The notes under the pieces: generated by a model
Databases searched by the model: none
Told to the model about the DNA's origin: nothing
The model's input: the letters and a program-made list of their open reading frames with translations, nothing else
Part shown: positions 29,103-38,672 of the stretch, in pieces
Layout of the letters: every line of letters begins with the position of its first letter
How positions within the stretch are numbered: position 1 is the stretch's first letter
Assembly: GCA_963816185.1 (NCBI GenBank)
Contig: CAWFJJ010000024.1
Location: 608,001 to 672,000 of the forward strand
Length of the DNA stretch: 64,000 nucleotides
From: Thermoanaerobaculia bacterium
GTDB lineage: Bacteria; Acidobacteriota; Thermoanaerobaculia; UBA5066
Reading direction: 5' to 3'
Translations under genes and position numbers: made by a program

Positions 29103-32100
29103 TGAAGTTCACCGACGTCTTCATCCGGCGGCCCGTTCTCGCGACCGTCGTGAGCCTCGTCATCTTCATCGCCGGATTGCAGGCGATCCGCTCTCTTTCC
29201 GTGAGGCAGTTCCCGCGCAGCGACATCGCGGTCGTCAAGGTGACGACGGCGTACGTCGGCGCCAACGCCGATCTCGTGCGCGGCTTCATCACGACGCCGC
29301 TCGAGCGCGTGATCGCGAGCGCGGACGGGATCGATTACCTGGAGTCCTCGAGCGCGCAGGGCGTCAGCACGATCACGGTTCACCTGAAGCTGAACTACGA
29401 CACGAACGCGGCCCTCACGCAGATCCAGGCGAAGGTGGCTCAGGTCCGGAACGACCTCCCCCCGGAGTCGCAGGCGCCGGTGATCGAGCTCGAGACCGCC
29501 GATACGCAGTTCGCTGCGATGTACATCGGGTTCTCCTCGGCGGATCTGGACCAGAACCAGATCACCGACTACCTGACGCGCGTCGTCCAGCCCAAGCTCT
29601 CCGCGATCAGCGGCGTGCAGCGCGCCGACATCCTCGGCAGCCGCAACTTCGCGATGCGGATCTGGCTGAAGCCCGAGAAGATGGCCGCGGTGGGCCTGTC
29701 TCCGGCCCAGGTGAGGGACGCGCTGGCGAACAACAATGCGCTGGCGGCGCTCGGACGGACGAAGGGCTCGATGGTGTCCGTGAATCTGGTCGCGAACACG
29801 AACCTCCAGACGGCCGAGGAGTTCCGCAACCTCGTCGTCAAGGAGGACAAAGGCGTCATCGTGAAGCTCGGCGAGATCGCCGACGTCGAGCTCGGCGCCG
29901 AGGACTACGAGTCGGACGTCCGCTTCAACGGGCAAAGCGCTACCTTCATGGGCGTGTGGGTGCTGCCGACGGCGAACTCACTCGACGTGATCAGGAGAGT
30001 CCGCGAGGCGATCCCCGACATCCAGGCGCAGCTCCCGGTCGGGATGAAGGTCGGGATTCCCTACGACTCGACGGCGTACATCCAGGACGCCATCAACGAA
30101 GTCCTCAAGACACTGTCGGAAACGCTCCTGATCGTCATCGTCGTCATTTTCCTCTTCCTGGGCTCGTTCCGCTCCGTGCTCATCCCGGTCGTCGCGATTC
30201 CGGTTTCGCTCGTGGGCGCGGTCTTTTTGATGCTCGTTGCCGGCTTCACGATCAACCTCCTGACGCTCCTCGCGATCGTGCTTTCGGTGGGCCTCGTCGT
30301 GGACGACGCCATCGTCATGGTGGAGAACGTGGAGCGCCACCTTCGGCTGGGGCAACGTCCGTTCGACGCGGCGATCGCCGCGGCGCGCGAGCTCGTCGGG
30401 CCCATCATCGCGATGACGATCACGCTCGCGGCCGTGTACGCGCCCATCGGCATCCAGGGCGGGCTGACCGGTGCGCTCTTCCGGGAGTTCGCGTTCACGC
30501 TCGCGGGCGCGGTGATCGTTTCCGGCGTCGTGGCGCTCACGCTCTCGCCGATGATGGGCTCCAAGCTCCTCAAGGCCGGCGCCTCCGAGCGCGGCTTCGC
30601 CGGAATGATCAACCGGCACTTCGACTGGGTCCGGAGTACTTACGCGCGCCTCCTGGCGGGGACGCTGCAATACCGGCCGGTCGTCTTCGTGCTGTGGGCC
30701 GTCGTCACGGTGCTGATCGTCCCCTTCTACCTCTTTTCGCAGAAGGAGCTGGCGCCGAAGGAGGACCAGAGCGTCGTCTTCGGAATCATCCAGGCGGCGC
30801 CGAACGCGACGATCGACCAGACGAAGCTCTTCGCGTCGCAGGTTCACGACGTCTACCGGTCGTTCCCGGAGGCCGAGAGCATCTTCCAGATCACGTCCCC
30901 GACGGGCGGGTTCGGGGGAATGGTCACGAAGCCCTGGAGTGCGAGAAAGAAGAGCACCGAGCAGCTTCAACTCGAGTCGGCGGGTCTGCTCTCGAAAATC
31001 CCCGGGGTGCGCGTGATCTCTCTGATCCCGCCGGCGCTGCCGGGCGGCGGCGACTTCCCCGTGGACCTCGTCATCGCGTCGACCGCCGAGCCGGAACGGC
31101 TGACGGAGTTCGCGAACAAGCTCGTGGCGAAGGCGTTTCAAAGCGGTCTTTTCATGTTCGCCGACGCGGATCTGAAGTTCGACCAGCCGCAGGCGGAAGT
31201 GGTCTTCGACCGCGACAAGCTGAGGGCCCAGGGGGTCGACCTGAGCGAGGCCGGCAAGGACCTCTCGACTCTTCTCAGCGGCGATTATGTCAACCGCTTC
31301 GGCATTCAGGGACGCAGCTACAAGGTCATTCCGCAGATCAAGCGGGCCGACCGCCTGACGCCCGAGCAGCTCCGGCAGGTCTACGTCACCGGAGCGGACA
31401 AGAAGCTCGTGCCGCTGTCGACCTTCGCCACGCTGAAGACGACGACCGAGCCGCGGGAGCTCAAGAGATTCCAGCAGCTCAACGCCGTGCGCATCCAGGG
31501 CGTCATCCCTCCGGGCGTTCCACTGGACAACGCCCTGCGGGTCCTCGAGGACGAGGCCCATCGCATCCTGCCGAAGGGCTTCACGATCGACTACGCCGGC
31601 GAATCGCGACAGCTTCGCACCGAGGGAGGCAAGTTTCTCGGAACGTTCCTGCTCTCGGGAATCCTGATCTACCTCGTGCTCGCGGCGCAGTTCGAGAGCT
31701 TCCGCGATCCGTTCATCATCCTGGCGGGCTCGGTTCCGCTCGCGCTCTCGGGCTCCTTGCTGTTCTCTTTCCTCGGGCTGACGACCCTCAACATCTACAG
31801 CCAGGTCGGGCTCATCACGCTCGTCGGTCTCGTTTCGAAGAACGGGATCCTCATCGTGGAGTTCGCCAACAAGCTGCAGGAAACGGGGAAGGAGAAGCTG
31901 GAGGCGGTTGTCGAGGCGGCGAGCACGCGGCTCAGGCCGATCCTCATGACGACCGCCGCGACCGTGATGGGCCACCTCCCGCTCGTCTTCGCGCGAGGCC
32001 CCGGAGCCGGTGCGCGCAACTCGATCGGCATCATGCTGGTCAGCGGCATGATCATCGGCAGCGCCTTCACGCTCTTCGTCGTGCCGTCGATCTACGTGCT

Positions 32101-32185
32101 CGTGGCGCGGACGCACAAGGCGGAGGTAAGCGTCGCGGAGCCCGAGCCGCGCGCCGAAGGGCCCGAGCTCGCGCCAGCTTCATGA
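29102..32185 (+). CDS. RND efflux permease (AcrB/MexW-like)
   Basis: FIRRPVLA, GLVVDDAIVMVEN, SKNGILIVEFAN, RLRPILMT; 1027 aa. Confidence 0.96.
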   Translation: MKFTDVFIRRPVLATVVSLVIFIAGLQAIRSLSVRQFPRSDIAVVKVTTAYVGANADLVRGFITTPLERVIASADGIDYLESSSAQGVSTITVHLKLNYDTNAALTQIQAKVAQVRNDLPPESQAPVIELETADTQFAAMYIGFSSADLDQNQITDYLTRVVQPKLSAISGVQRADILGSRNFAMRIWLKPEKMAAVGLSPAQVRDALANNNALAALGRTKGSMVSVNLVANTNLQTAEEFRNLVVKEDKGVIVKLGEIADVELGAEDYESDVRFNGQSATFMGVWVLPTANSLDVIRRVREAIPDIQAQLPVGMKVGIPYDSTAYIQDAINEVLKTLSETLLIVIVVIFLFLGSFRSVLIPVVAIPVSLVGAVFLMLVAGFTINLLTLLAIVLSVGLVVDDAIVMVENVERHLRLGQRPFDAAIAAARELVGPIIAMTITLAAVYAPIGIQGGLTGALFREFAFTLAGAVIVSGVVALTLSPMMGSKLLKAGASERGFAGMINRHFDWVRSTYARLLAGTLQYRPVVFVLWAVVTVLIVPFYLFSQKELAPKEDQSVVFGIIQAAPNATIDQTKLFASQVHDVYRSFPEAESIFQITSPTGGFGGMVTKPWSARKKSTEQLQLESAGLLSKIPGVRVISLIPPALPGGGDFPVDLVIASTAEPERLTEFANKLVAKAFQSGLFMFADADLKFDQPQAEVVFDRDKLRAQGVDLSEAGKDLSTLLSGDYVNRFGIQGRSYKVIPQIKRADRLTPEQLRQVYVTGADKKLVPLSTFATLKTTTEPRELKRFQQLNAVRIQGVIPPGVPLDNALRVLEDEAHRILPKGFTIDYAGESRQLRTEGGKFLGTFLLSGILIYLVLAAQFESFRDPFIILAGSVPLALSGSLLFSFLGLTTLNIYSQVGLITLVGLVSKNGILIVEFANKLQETGKEKLEAVVEAASTRLRPILMTTAATVMGHLPLVFARGPGAGARNSIGIMLVSGMIIGSAFTLFVVPSIYVLVARTHKAEVSVAEPEPRAEGPELAPAS

Positions 32186-32216
32186 TGAGTGCTCGACCAA
32201 ACCCAGGAGGGAAGAG

Positions 32217-32882
32217 ATGAAGCTGACCGTTTTCGCAGCCACCGGAGGCATCGGGAAACTGATCCTCGAGCAGGCCGTCGTCGCGGGCCACGACGTCACG
32301 GCCGTCGTGAGAATTCCGAAGAACGTCTCGGCGAAGGTGCAGATCGTCGCGGCCGACCTCGCGGCGCCGGACCCGGCGGTCCTCGCATCCGCGGTCGAAG
32401 GAAGAGACGCCGTGCTCTCCGGCCTCGGCGCGCGGACGGGGGCGGAGGTGGGAGTCGCCGAAAAGGGTACGCGGGCGATCATCGATGCGATGCAGGCAAA
32501 ACGTGTGCGGCGCATCGTCGTCGTCAGCGCCGCTCCAATCGGCACCGTGCCTTCGCCCGGCCGCCCGAAGCCGCCGAAGTACGACCCCGGAGACGGATTC
32601 TTCATGCGGCATCTCTTCAGTCCGTTCGCGAGAACGGCGTTCCGGGAGCGTTACTTCGACCTCGCGTTGATGGAGGACGATCTTCGAAACAGCGGCCTCG
32701 ACTGGACAATCGTCAGGCCCCCGCGGCTGACCGACAAACCGCTGACCGGAACCTACCGGACGGCAGACGGGCAGAACCTCCGGGGCGGCTTCCTCATTTC
32801 GCGCGCCGACGTCGCCCATCTCATGCTCCACGTGCTCGAACGACCCGAGACGATCGGGCACGTCATCGGCATCGCTGACTAG
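32217..32882 (+). CDS. NAD(P)-dependent oxidoreductase (flavin reductase/BVR-B-like)
   Basis: AATGGIG, LDWTIVRPPRL, ISRADVA; AGGAGG RBS. Confidence 0.88.
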   Translation: MKLTVFAATGGIGKLILEQAVVAGHDVTAVVRIPKNVSAKVQIVAADLAAPDPAVLASAVEGRDAVLSGLGARTGAEVGVAEKGTRAIIDAMQAKRVRRIVVVSAAPIGTVPSPGRPKPPKYDPGDGFFMRHLFSPFARTAFRERYFDLALMEDDLRNSGLDWTIVRPPRLTDKPLTGTYRTADGQNLRGGFLISRADVAHLMLHVLERPETIGHVIGIAD

Positions 32883-32974
32883 CGGCGGCTCCGCGCGCCT
32901 CCAAAAGTTCCCATCAGTCACTCGCCCGCCGCGGCGAGGCACGCAATATCGATGCGAGCGGCGGGCGCCTCGCC

Positions 32975-33478
32975 CTAACGCGAGGCGCCGACTTCCACGG
33001 GCTGGCCTTTCGCGGCGGTCCGAGCGGGCGCCAGCTGGTACGTTCCGGCCGGCGACCGGAAGGCGACGTTGAAGCGATTCCAACCGTTGATGGCCACGAT
33101 GCCGAGCGTGAGATCGACGAGCTCCTTCTCGGAGAAGTAGCGGCGCGCTTCTTCGTATACGGAGTCCGGCACGTGTCCGCCATCCAGGCGTGTCACGGCT
33201 TCCGTCCACGCGAGGGCGGCGCGCTCGCGCCCCGTGTAGTAAGGCGACTCGGCCCACGCGTCGAGCCCGTACAGCCGCTGTTCGTTCTCGCCTGCCGCGC
33301 GAAGATCCTTCCAGTGCATGTCGATGCAGTAGGCGCAGCCGTTGATCTGCGACGCCCTCAGGTTGACGAGATCGAGGAGAGTGCGCTCAAGTCCGCTCTT
33401 GCTCAGGTAGCCGCCAAGGCCCAGCATCGCGTGCAGCACTCCGGGTGCGACGTTGGTGTAATCGATTCTCGGTTCCAT
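32975..33478 (-). CDS. Carboxymuconolactone decarboxylase/AhpD-family protein
   Basis: LRASQINGCAYCIDMH; INGWNRFN; GGAGG RBS. Confidence 0.92.
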   Translation of the reverse strand: MEPRIDYTNVAPGVLHAMLGLGGYLSKSGLERTLLDLVNLRASQINGCAYCIDMHWKDLRAAGENEQRLYGLDAWAESPYYTGRERAALAWTEAVTRLDGGHVPDSVYEEARRYFSEKELVDLTLGIVAINGWNRFNVAFRSPAGTYQLAPARTAAKGQPVEVGASR

Positions 33479-33618
33479 GTAACACCTCCAAAGGTTCCGG
33501 CCCTCTTTGCCGAGACCTCATCGAGGTGCATTTCCCATGCCTCATCGAGATTCCGAGGGTTCGGTCCATTCCGCCCGCGCCCGCCTCCTCATGAGTGACC
33601 GCGGTTCGACCGGCTCCA

Positions 33619-35037
33619 TCACTGAACCCGGAGGAACGCGGCGAGGTCCGAGATCTCTGCGTCCGTCAGGCCGATGCTGAAGCGCTCGTTGTAGAATCGG
33701 ACGGCGTCGGCGAGGGTCGCGGCCGAGCCGTTGTGGAAGTAGGGCGCCCGGGCCGCGAGGCCGCGCAGGATCGGTCCCTTGAACCGGCCGATGTGCTTCC
33801 ATTTGCCGGTGATGAGGGCCCGCCCGGGATCGGTCGTTTGAATGGTCTGTCCCGTCGTCTTGTTCTTGAGCGTGTAGAAAGGCATGTCGGGCGTCCGGCG
33901 TGAGGCGTCGGTGAGGCCGATGTCGAGCGGCGCCGCCACCGAGTGATCGCCGATGTTCGGCGAGTCGTGACACGTGCCGCAGGTGCCCGGGATGCTCGCG
34001 ACGCCCAGGTCGTCGTTGAGGCCCTTCACGCCGGTGATGTTGATCCGCTTGCTGTTGAACAGCTCCTCGCCACGCGCCACGGCCAGCCGCGCCGCAGTTC
34101 GTCCCTCGTCCTCTTCGTCGGCGTCGTCCCCGTGACTGCTCTTGAGCTTGGCCCATGCCGCGAAGTCGGTGAAGATGATCGGGCTGAATGGAATCTTCTT
34201 GGGATTCAGCCCCAGCGGGTCGTTGATCCCGAGGTAGAAAGCCTGCCTCGAGAGAGTCTTCGGTCCGCCCTTCGCCCCCTGACTCTTGAGATCTCCTGCG
34301 GCGACGTCGTAGACCTGGGCCGTGAACAGCCCCGTCTCGAAGGCCACGATCTGCTCCCGCTGCTCGGTCGAGAGCGGGACGCTCGCCTGAGCGTGTCCCA
34401 TCGTGGCGGAATTCGCCTGGTCCGAGAGGTCGAAGTCGATGGTCTGCCCGGGGAACGTCTCGCGGCCATCGACCATGACCGTGCTGAGGTAAGCCACATT
34501 CGTGGAAGGGAGGGGACGACGGAAGAGAGAGAGCTCATGGCTGCTCGCGAAGCCGTAAGGATCGTCTACCGCTTCGAGAGTGAACTCGGCGTCGGCCGGA
34601 ATGCCGATGCCGACCCGGATGAGGCCCTTGCTCAGGAGCATGCTGTAGGCGCTTCGACGCGCCTCGACGGTCACGACGTCGGCATTCGGCGAGTTGGAGC
34701 CATCGTTCGTGCGGAAGATCGGGTCGAGCCCGGCTGTGGCCTCGAAGCGCTCCCGCAGACCCGCCGGAGTGATGGTCCACCCGCTCTCGGGGCGATGGCA
34801 AGTGAAACACGTGCGCCCGTTCGTGCCGAGATCCTGGAAGAAGGGATTGTCCGTATCGATGTGGCCCGCGGTCGAAAACGTCTGGGCCGCTCCCGTCGGG
34901 TTCACGAACGGCTCGAGGAAATTGTGCCTGCTCTCGCCGGAGGCTATCCAAGACCTTCCGGCGGCGGCGAAGATGGCGGCTGTCAGGCAGAAAGCGGACA
35001 CTCGAACCACACGTGTCTTGCGCATGCTCTCGGACAT
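33619..35037 (-). CDS. Secreted di-heme cytochrome c peroxidase/MauG-like protein
   Basis: Signal peptide; two CxxCH motifs (CFTCH, CGTCH); DPGRALITG, FKGPILRGL, PYFHNGSA. Confidence 0.85.
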   Translation of the reverse strand: MSESMRKTRVVRVSAFCLTAAIFAAAGRSWIASGESRHNFLEPFVNPTGAAQTFSTAGHIDTDNPFFQDLGTNGRTCFTCHRPESGWTITPAGLRERFEATAGLDPIFRTNDGSNSPNADVVTVEARRSAYSMLLSKGLIRVGIGIPADAEFTLEAVDDPYGFASSHELSLFRRPLPSTNVAYLSTVMVDGRETFPGQTIDFDLSDQANSATMGHAQASVPLSTEQREQIVAFETGLFTAQVYDVAAGDLKSQGAKGGPKTLSRQAFYLGINDPLGLNPKKIPFSPIIFTDFAAWAKLKSSHGDDADEEDEGRTAARLAVARGEELFNSKRINITGVKGLNDDLGVASIPGTCGTCHDSPNIGDHSVAAPLDIGLTDASRRTPDMPFYTLKNKTTGQTIQTTDPGRALITGKWKHIGRFKGPILRGLAARAPYFHNGSAATLADAVRFYNERFSIGLTDAEISDLAAFLRVQ

Positions 35038-35062
35038 GTTCCTCACTGCCTTTCGGTTTGCG

Positions 35063-35335
35063 TCAATCGAGTTGTACGTCGCAGGTTGCTTCGTTGCTCG
35101 CGTCGTTCGGCTTGACGGAGTCTCTCTGGGCCGAAGAGGCGGGGCTCGCAGCGATCGCGTTCGAACCCGCGGCGGGAGCCGGCGGCTGCGACCGTCGTGA
35201 AGATCCTTCGAGCTGGGAACGGTGGCCGAGGGGGCCGAGCGGCACGAAGACGGCGATCGCGCCGACGAGCGTCCCGGCGGCGAAGCTCAAACCAGGGGAG
35301 ATCTGCCTTCCGGACTTCCTTGCGAAGGTTGTCAT
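35063..35335 (-). CDS. Hypothetical 90-aa protein with one hydrophobic helix
   Basis: AGGGAGGA RBS; LSFAAGTLVGAIAVFVPL; directly upstream of the peroxidase-like gene. Confidence 0.55.
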   Translation of the reverse strand: MTTFARKSGRQISPGLSFAAGTLVGAIAVFVPLGPLGHRSQLEGSSRRSQPPAPAAGSNAIAASPASSAQRDSVKPNDASNEATCDVQLD

Positions 35336-35564
35336 TGCTTCCTCCCTTTTGCAGTCTTCGGGACGCCATCCGCGGAAAGTGGAGAGTCGCTGCTCACTCA
35401 GGAAATCGGAATTCGGAAGGGAAAGGCGACAGGGGCGGGACTAGCAGCGAAACCCGAGGAGAAAACACAACAAATGACCGCAGGAGGGCTCCGGTCGGAA
35501 AATTTTTCGCGCCCGTCGGGCTCGGATCTTGCAAAGGGGTGTTCTTGACTTTAGTTGAGAGCCG

Positions 35565-38500
35565 ATGAACTACACGATCTCCTCGCTCATCCTCTCGAGC
35601 GAGTCAGGCGACCGATCCGCGGCGGACACGCTCTTCGCCTCGCTCTACTCTGAGCTGCACCGGTTGGCGAAGAGTCAGCTGGCGCGGAACGGACCCTCCG
35701 TCGCGCTGAGCGCGACGACGCTGCTCCACGAGGCGTATCTCAACATCGCCGGACGCGAGGCCGCGTTCCCGGACGAAGGCCGGTTCATGGCTTACGCCGC
35801 GAAGGTGATGCGCGGCCTCATCATCGACTACTCCCGAAGCCGTCAGGCGCAAAAGCGCGGCGGTGGCTTCGAGATCACGTCGCTCGGTGACGTGGCCGCT
35901 GAGGCAGTCGTGGATGAAGGCGAGCTGGTCCGGATCAGCGCTGCGCTCGACGGCCTGGCGTCGGTCGACGCGTCGCTCGCCGAGGTCGTCGATCTGAAGT
36001 TCTTCTGCGGTTTCTCGTTCCCTGAGATCGCCGCGATGCGGGGCTTGTCGGAACGGACCGTGCAGCGCCGCTGGGAGAAGGCGCGCAGGCGGCCCCCGCT
36101 TGAACTCGGAAGCGTAGCCGTGTCCTCGGAGAGCCGGGATCTCTGGCAGGCCCTGAGTCCCTACCTCGATCGCGCTCTCGAAATGACGGATGACGAGCGC
36201 GGCGCCTGGCTGACGTCTTTGTACGCAGAGGATTCGGCTCTGGCCTCCGAAGTTGAGGCCCTTCTCGAGGAACACCGCGCGCTCCGTCAGGAAGGCTTTC
36301 TCGAAGACGAGGCCCTGAAGCCTCCCGCATCGGCGTCGCTCGCGGGCCAGAAGATCGGTGCCTACATGCTGATCGAGGCCATCGGTCAGGGCGGCATGGG
36401 CAGCGTCTGGCTGGCCCGGCGCAGTGACGGCCGTTTCGAGGGCCAGGCCGCGGTGAAGCTCCTCAACGTGAGCCTCGTCGGTCGTGCCGGCGAGTCGCGA
36501 TTCGAGCGGGAAGGGCACCTTCTCGCCCGCCTGACGCATCCGAACATCGCGCGTCTGATCGATGCGGGCGTGTCGTCGATCGGACAGCCCTATCTCGTGC
36601 TCGAGTACGTTCTGGGCGAACAGATCGACCGCTACTGCGATGGCAAGAGGCTGAACGTGGAGGGACGGCTGCGTCTCTTCCTGGACGTACTGGCCGCCGT
36701 GGCGCATGCGCACGCCAATCTGATTGTGCACCGGGACATCAAGCCGTCGAACGTGCTCGTGGCGACCGACGGACAAGTGAAGCTGCTCGACTTCGGGATC
36801 GCGAAGCTTCTCGAGGAGGAGGGGGGCTCGGCGGAGGCTACGGCGCTCACGCGCGAAGGGGGTCGGGCACTGACCCCCGAGTACGCCGCCCCCGAGCAGC
36901 TGACCGGCGGAACGATCACGACCGCGACCGACGTCCATGCCCTGGGCACGCTGCTCTACGTGCTGCTCTCGGGACGGCATCCGGCCGAGGCGTCCCTGGG
37001 ATCGACGGCAGACCTGGTGAAGGCGATCGTCGACATGGAGCCGCAGGTTCTCTCCCATGCAGTGGGGCCGACCCGGGCAACCGCGACGGAGACCGTTCGC
37101 CGCAACGCGCAGATGCGGTCTGCGTCGCCGGACGGGCTCCGGAGCTCTCTCAAGGGAGACCTCGATACGATCGTCGCGAAGGCCTTGAAGAAGGATCCGG
37201 CCCAGCGCTACGCGTCGGTAACCGCTCTCGCCGACGACCTCAACCGCACACTTCGCCGCGAGCCGATCAGCGCGCGGACGGACACGCTGGCTTATCGGAC
37301 GACCACGTTCCTGCGGCGTCACGCGCGAGGTGTCGTCACGGCCGCGACGGTGATCCTGCTTCTCGCGGGTTTGATCGGCTTCTACACCGCGCGCGTGGCG
37401 GCCGAGCGCGATCGGGCTCGTCTCGAGGCGCAGAAAGCAGCAAAGGTGAGCGAGCTCCTGTCTGGGCTCTTGACCGGAGCGGATCCCTACGCCACTCACG
37501 ATGCGAAGGACCTCACCGTCCGCGGCCTCCTCGACGCCGGCGCGGCGCGCGTGCAAAAGGAGCTCGCGGGCCAGCCGGAGCTGAAGGCCGAGATGCTGTC
37601 GGTGATGGGACGCACCTACCAGCGGCTCGGCGAACCCGACAAGGCACGGCCCTTGCTGGAGGAGGCGCTGACCACGAGACGCCACCTTCTTGGTCCGGAG
37701 CACCTGCAGGTGGCCGAGAGCTTGAACGACCTGGGAGTTCTTCTGAGAGAAGAAGGCGACTCGGGCGCCGCCGAGCCTTTGCTCGTCGAGGCTCTCGCAA
37801 CGCGGCGAAAAGTGCTCGGCGGGGAGCACCGGGACGTCGCGGAGACGCTCGTCGAGCTCGGCCGCCTCTACAGCGACAAAGGATCCGATCAGCGGGCCGA
37901 GCCGCTGTTCCGAGAGGCGCTCGCGATCCGCCGGAAGGTCCTCGGAGATCAGGACCATGACACCGCCACGAGCATGAACGAGCTCGCCCTCCTCTTGTGG
38001 CACAAGGGCGACCTCCCCGGAGCCGAGGAACTCTTTCGCCAGTGCCTCGCGATCAACCGCAAGACGCTGGGCGAGAACCATCCGGACGTCTCGACGTCGC
38101 TGAACAACCTCGCTCTGATCGCCGGAGACCGGGGGGACTTCGCGGCTGCCGAAGCGCTGTCGCGGCAGTCTCTCGCTATCGCCCGACAGACCCTTGGAGA
38201 CAGACATCCGGATGTCGCCATCAAGCTCAGCAATCTGTCCCGGCCGTTGCTGGCGCTCGGGAAGTACGACGAGGCGGCCGCCTCTCTTCAGGAGGCGCTG
38301 CAGATCGCGACCGCCGCTCTCGGCGCGGAGCATCCGTGGGTCGCCCAGTACAAGGTGAACCTTGCCCGCGTGCAATTGGCGCGCAAAGACGCCGCCTCTG
38401 CCGAGCGCCTGCTCTGGCAGGCTCTGGAGATCCGCCGGCGCGCCTTTCCGGAAGGCGACTGGCGGATCGCCGTGGCGAAGAGCTTGCTGGGCGAAGCCCT

Positions 38501-38657
38501 CACGTCCCTCGGCCGCTACGACGAAGCGGAGCGTCTGCTGCTCGAGGCGAAGGCGATCCTGAAGGAAGGCCGCGGCCCCGAGGGCCGCGAAGCCTCGGCA
38601 ACCGCCGAGCGCCTCGACGCGCTCTACAGCGTCTCGCGGTCGCACAAGGCCCCGTGA
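35565..38657 (+). CDS. In-frame ECF sigma factor (kinase-associated, ECF43-like) + Ser/Thr kinase-TM-TPR fusion
   Basis: LYSELHRLA, SATTLLHEAYL, AQKRGGG, LKFFCG, SERTVQRRWEKAR, then GQGGMGSVW, HRDIKPSN, DFG, TPEYAAPEQ, a TM helix and TPR_12-like repeats; no stop codon between the parts. Confidence 0.85.
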   Translation: MNYTISSLILSSESGDRSAADTLFASLYSELHRLAKSQLARNGPSVALSATTLLHEAYLNIAGREAAFPDEGRFMAYAAKVMRGLIIDYSRSRQAQKRGGGFEITSLGDVAAEAVVDEGELVRISAALDGLASVDASLAEVVDLKFFCGFSFPEIAAMRGLSERTVQRRWEKARRRPPLELGSVAVSSESRDLWQALSPYLDRALEMTDDERGAWLTSLYAEDSALASEVEALLEEHRALRQEGFLEDEALKPPASASLAGQKIGAYMLIEAIGQGGMGSVWLARRSDGRFEGQAAVKLLNVSLVGRAGESRFEREGHLLARLTHPNIARLIDAGVSSIGQPYLVLEYVLGEQIDRYCDGKRLNVEGRLRLFLDVLAAVAHAHANLIVHRDIKPSNVLVATDGQVKLLDFGIAKLLEEEGGSAEATALTREGGRALTPEYAAPEQLTGGTITTATDVHALGTLLYVLLSGRHPAEASLGSTADLVKAIVDMEPQVLSHAVGPTRATATETVRRNAQMRSASPDGLRSSLKGDLDTIVAKALKKDPAQRYASVTALADDLNRTLRREPISARTDTLAYRTTTFLRRHARGVVTAATVILLLAGLIGFYTARVAAERDRARLEAQKAAKVSELLSGLLTGADPYATHDAKDLTVRGLLDAGAARVQKELAGQPELKAEMLSVMGRTYQRLGEPDKARPLLEEALTTRRHLLGPEHLQVAESLNDLGVLLREEGDSGAAEPLLVEALATRRKVLGGEHRDVAETLVELGRLYSDKGSDQRAEPLFREALAIRRKVLGDQDHDTATSMNELALLLWHKGDLPGAEELFRQCLAINRKTLGENHPDVSTSLNNLALIAGDRGDFAAAEALSRQSLAIARQTLGDRHPDVAIKLSNLSRPLLALGKYDEAAASLQEALQIATAALGAEHPWVAQYKVNLARVQLARKDAASAERLLWQALEIRRRAFPEGDWRIAVAKSLLGEALTSLGRYDEAERLLLEAKAILKEGRGPEGREASATAERLDALYSVSRSHKAP

Positions 38658-38672
38658 TAGAAGGAGGTCGCG

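Noticed and set aside
27969-32185. RND pump as the missing transporter of the peptide system
   Set aside because: It has its own adaptor, is a standard small-molecule efflux type and is separated by unrelated genes; no sequence evidence of linkage
35400-35560. Specific ECF43 promoter motif in the divergent intergenic region
   Set aside because: TGTCG-like and A/T-tract elements are present, but I cannot match them confidently to a consensus
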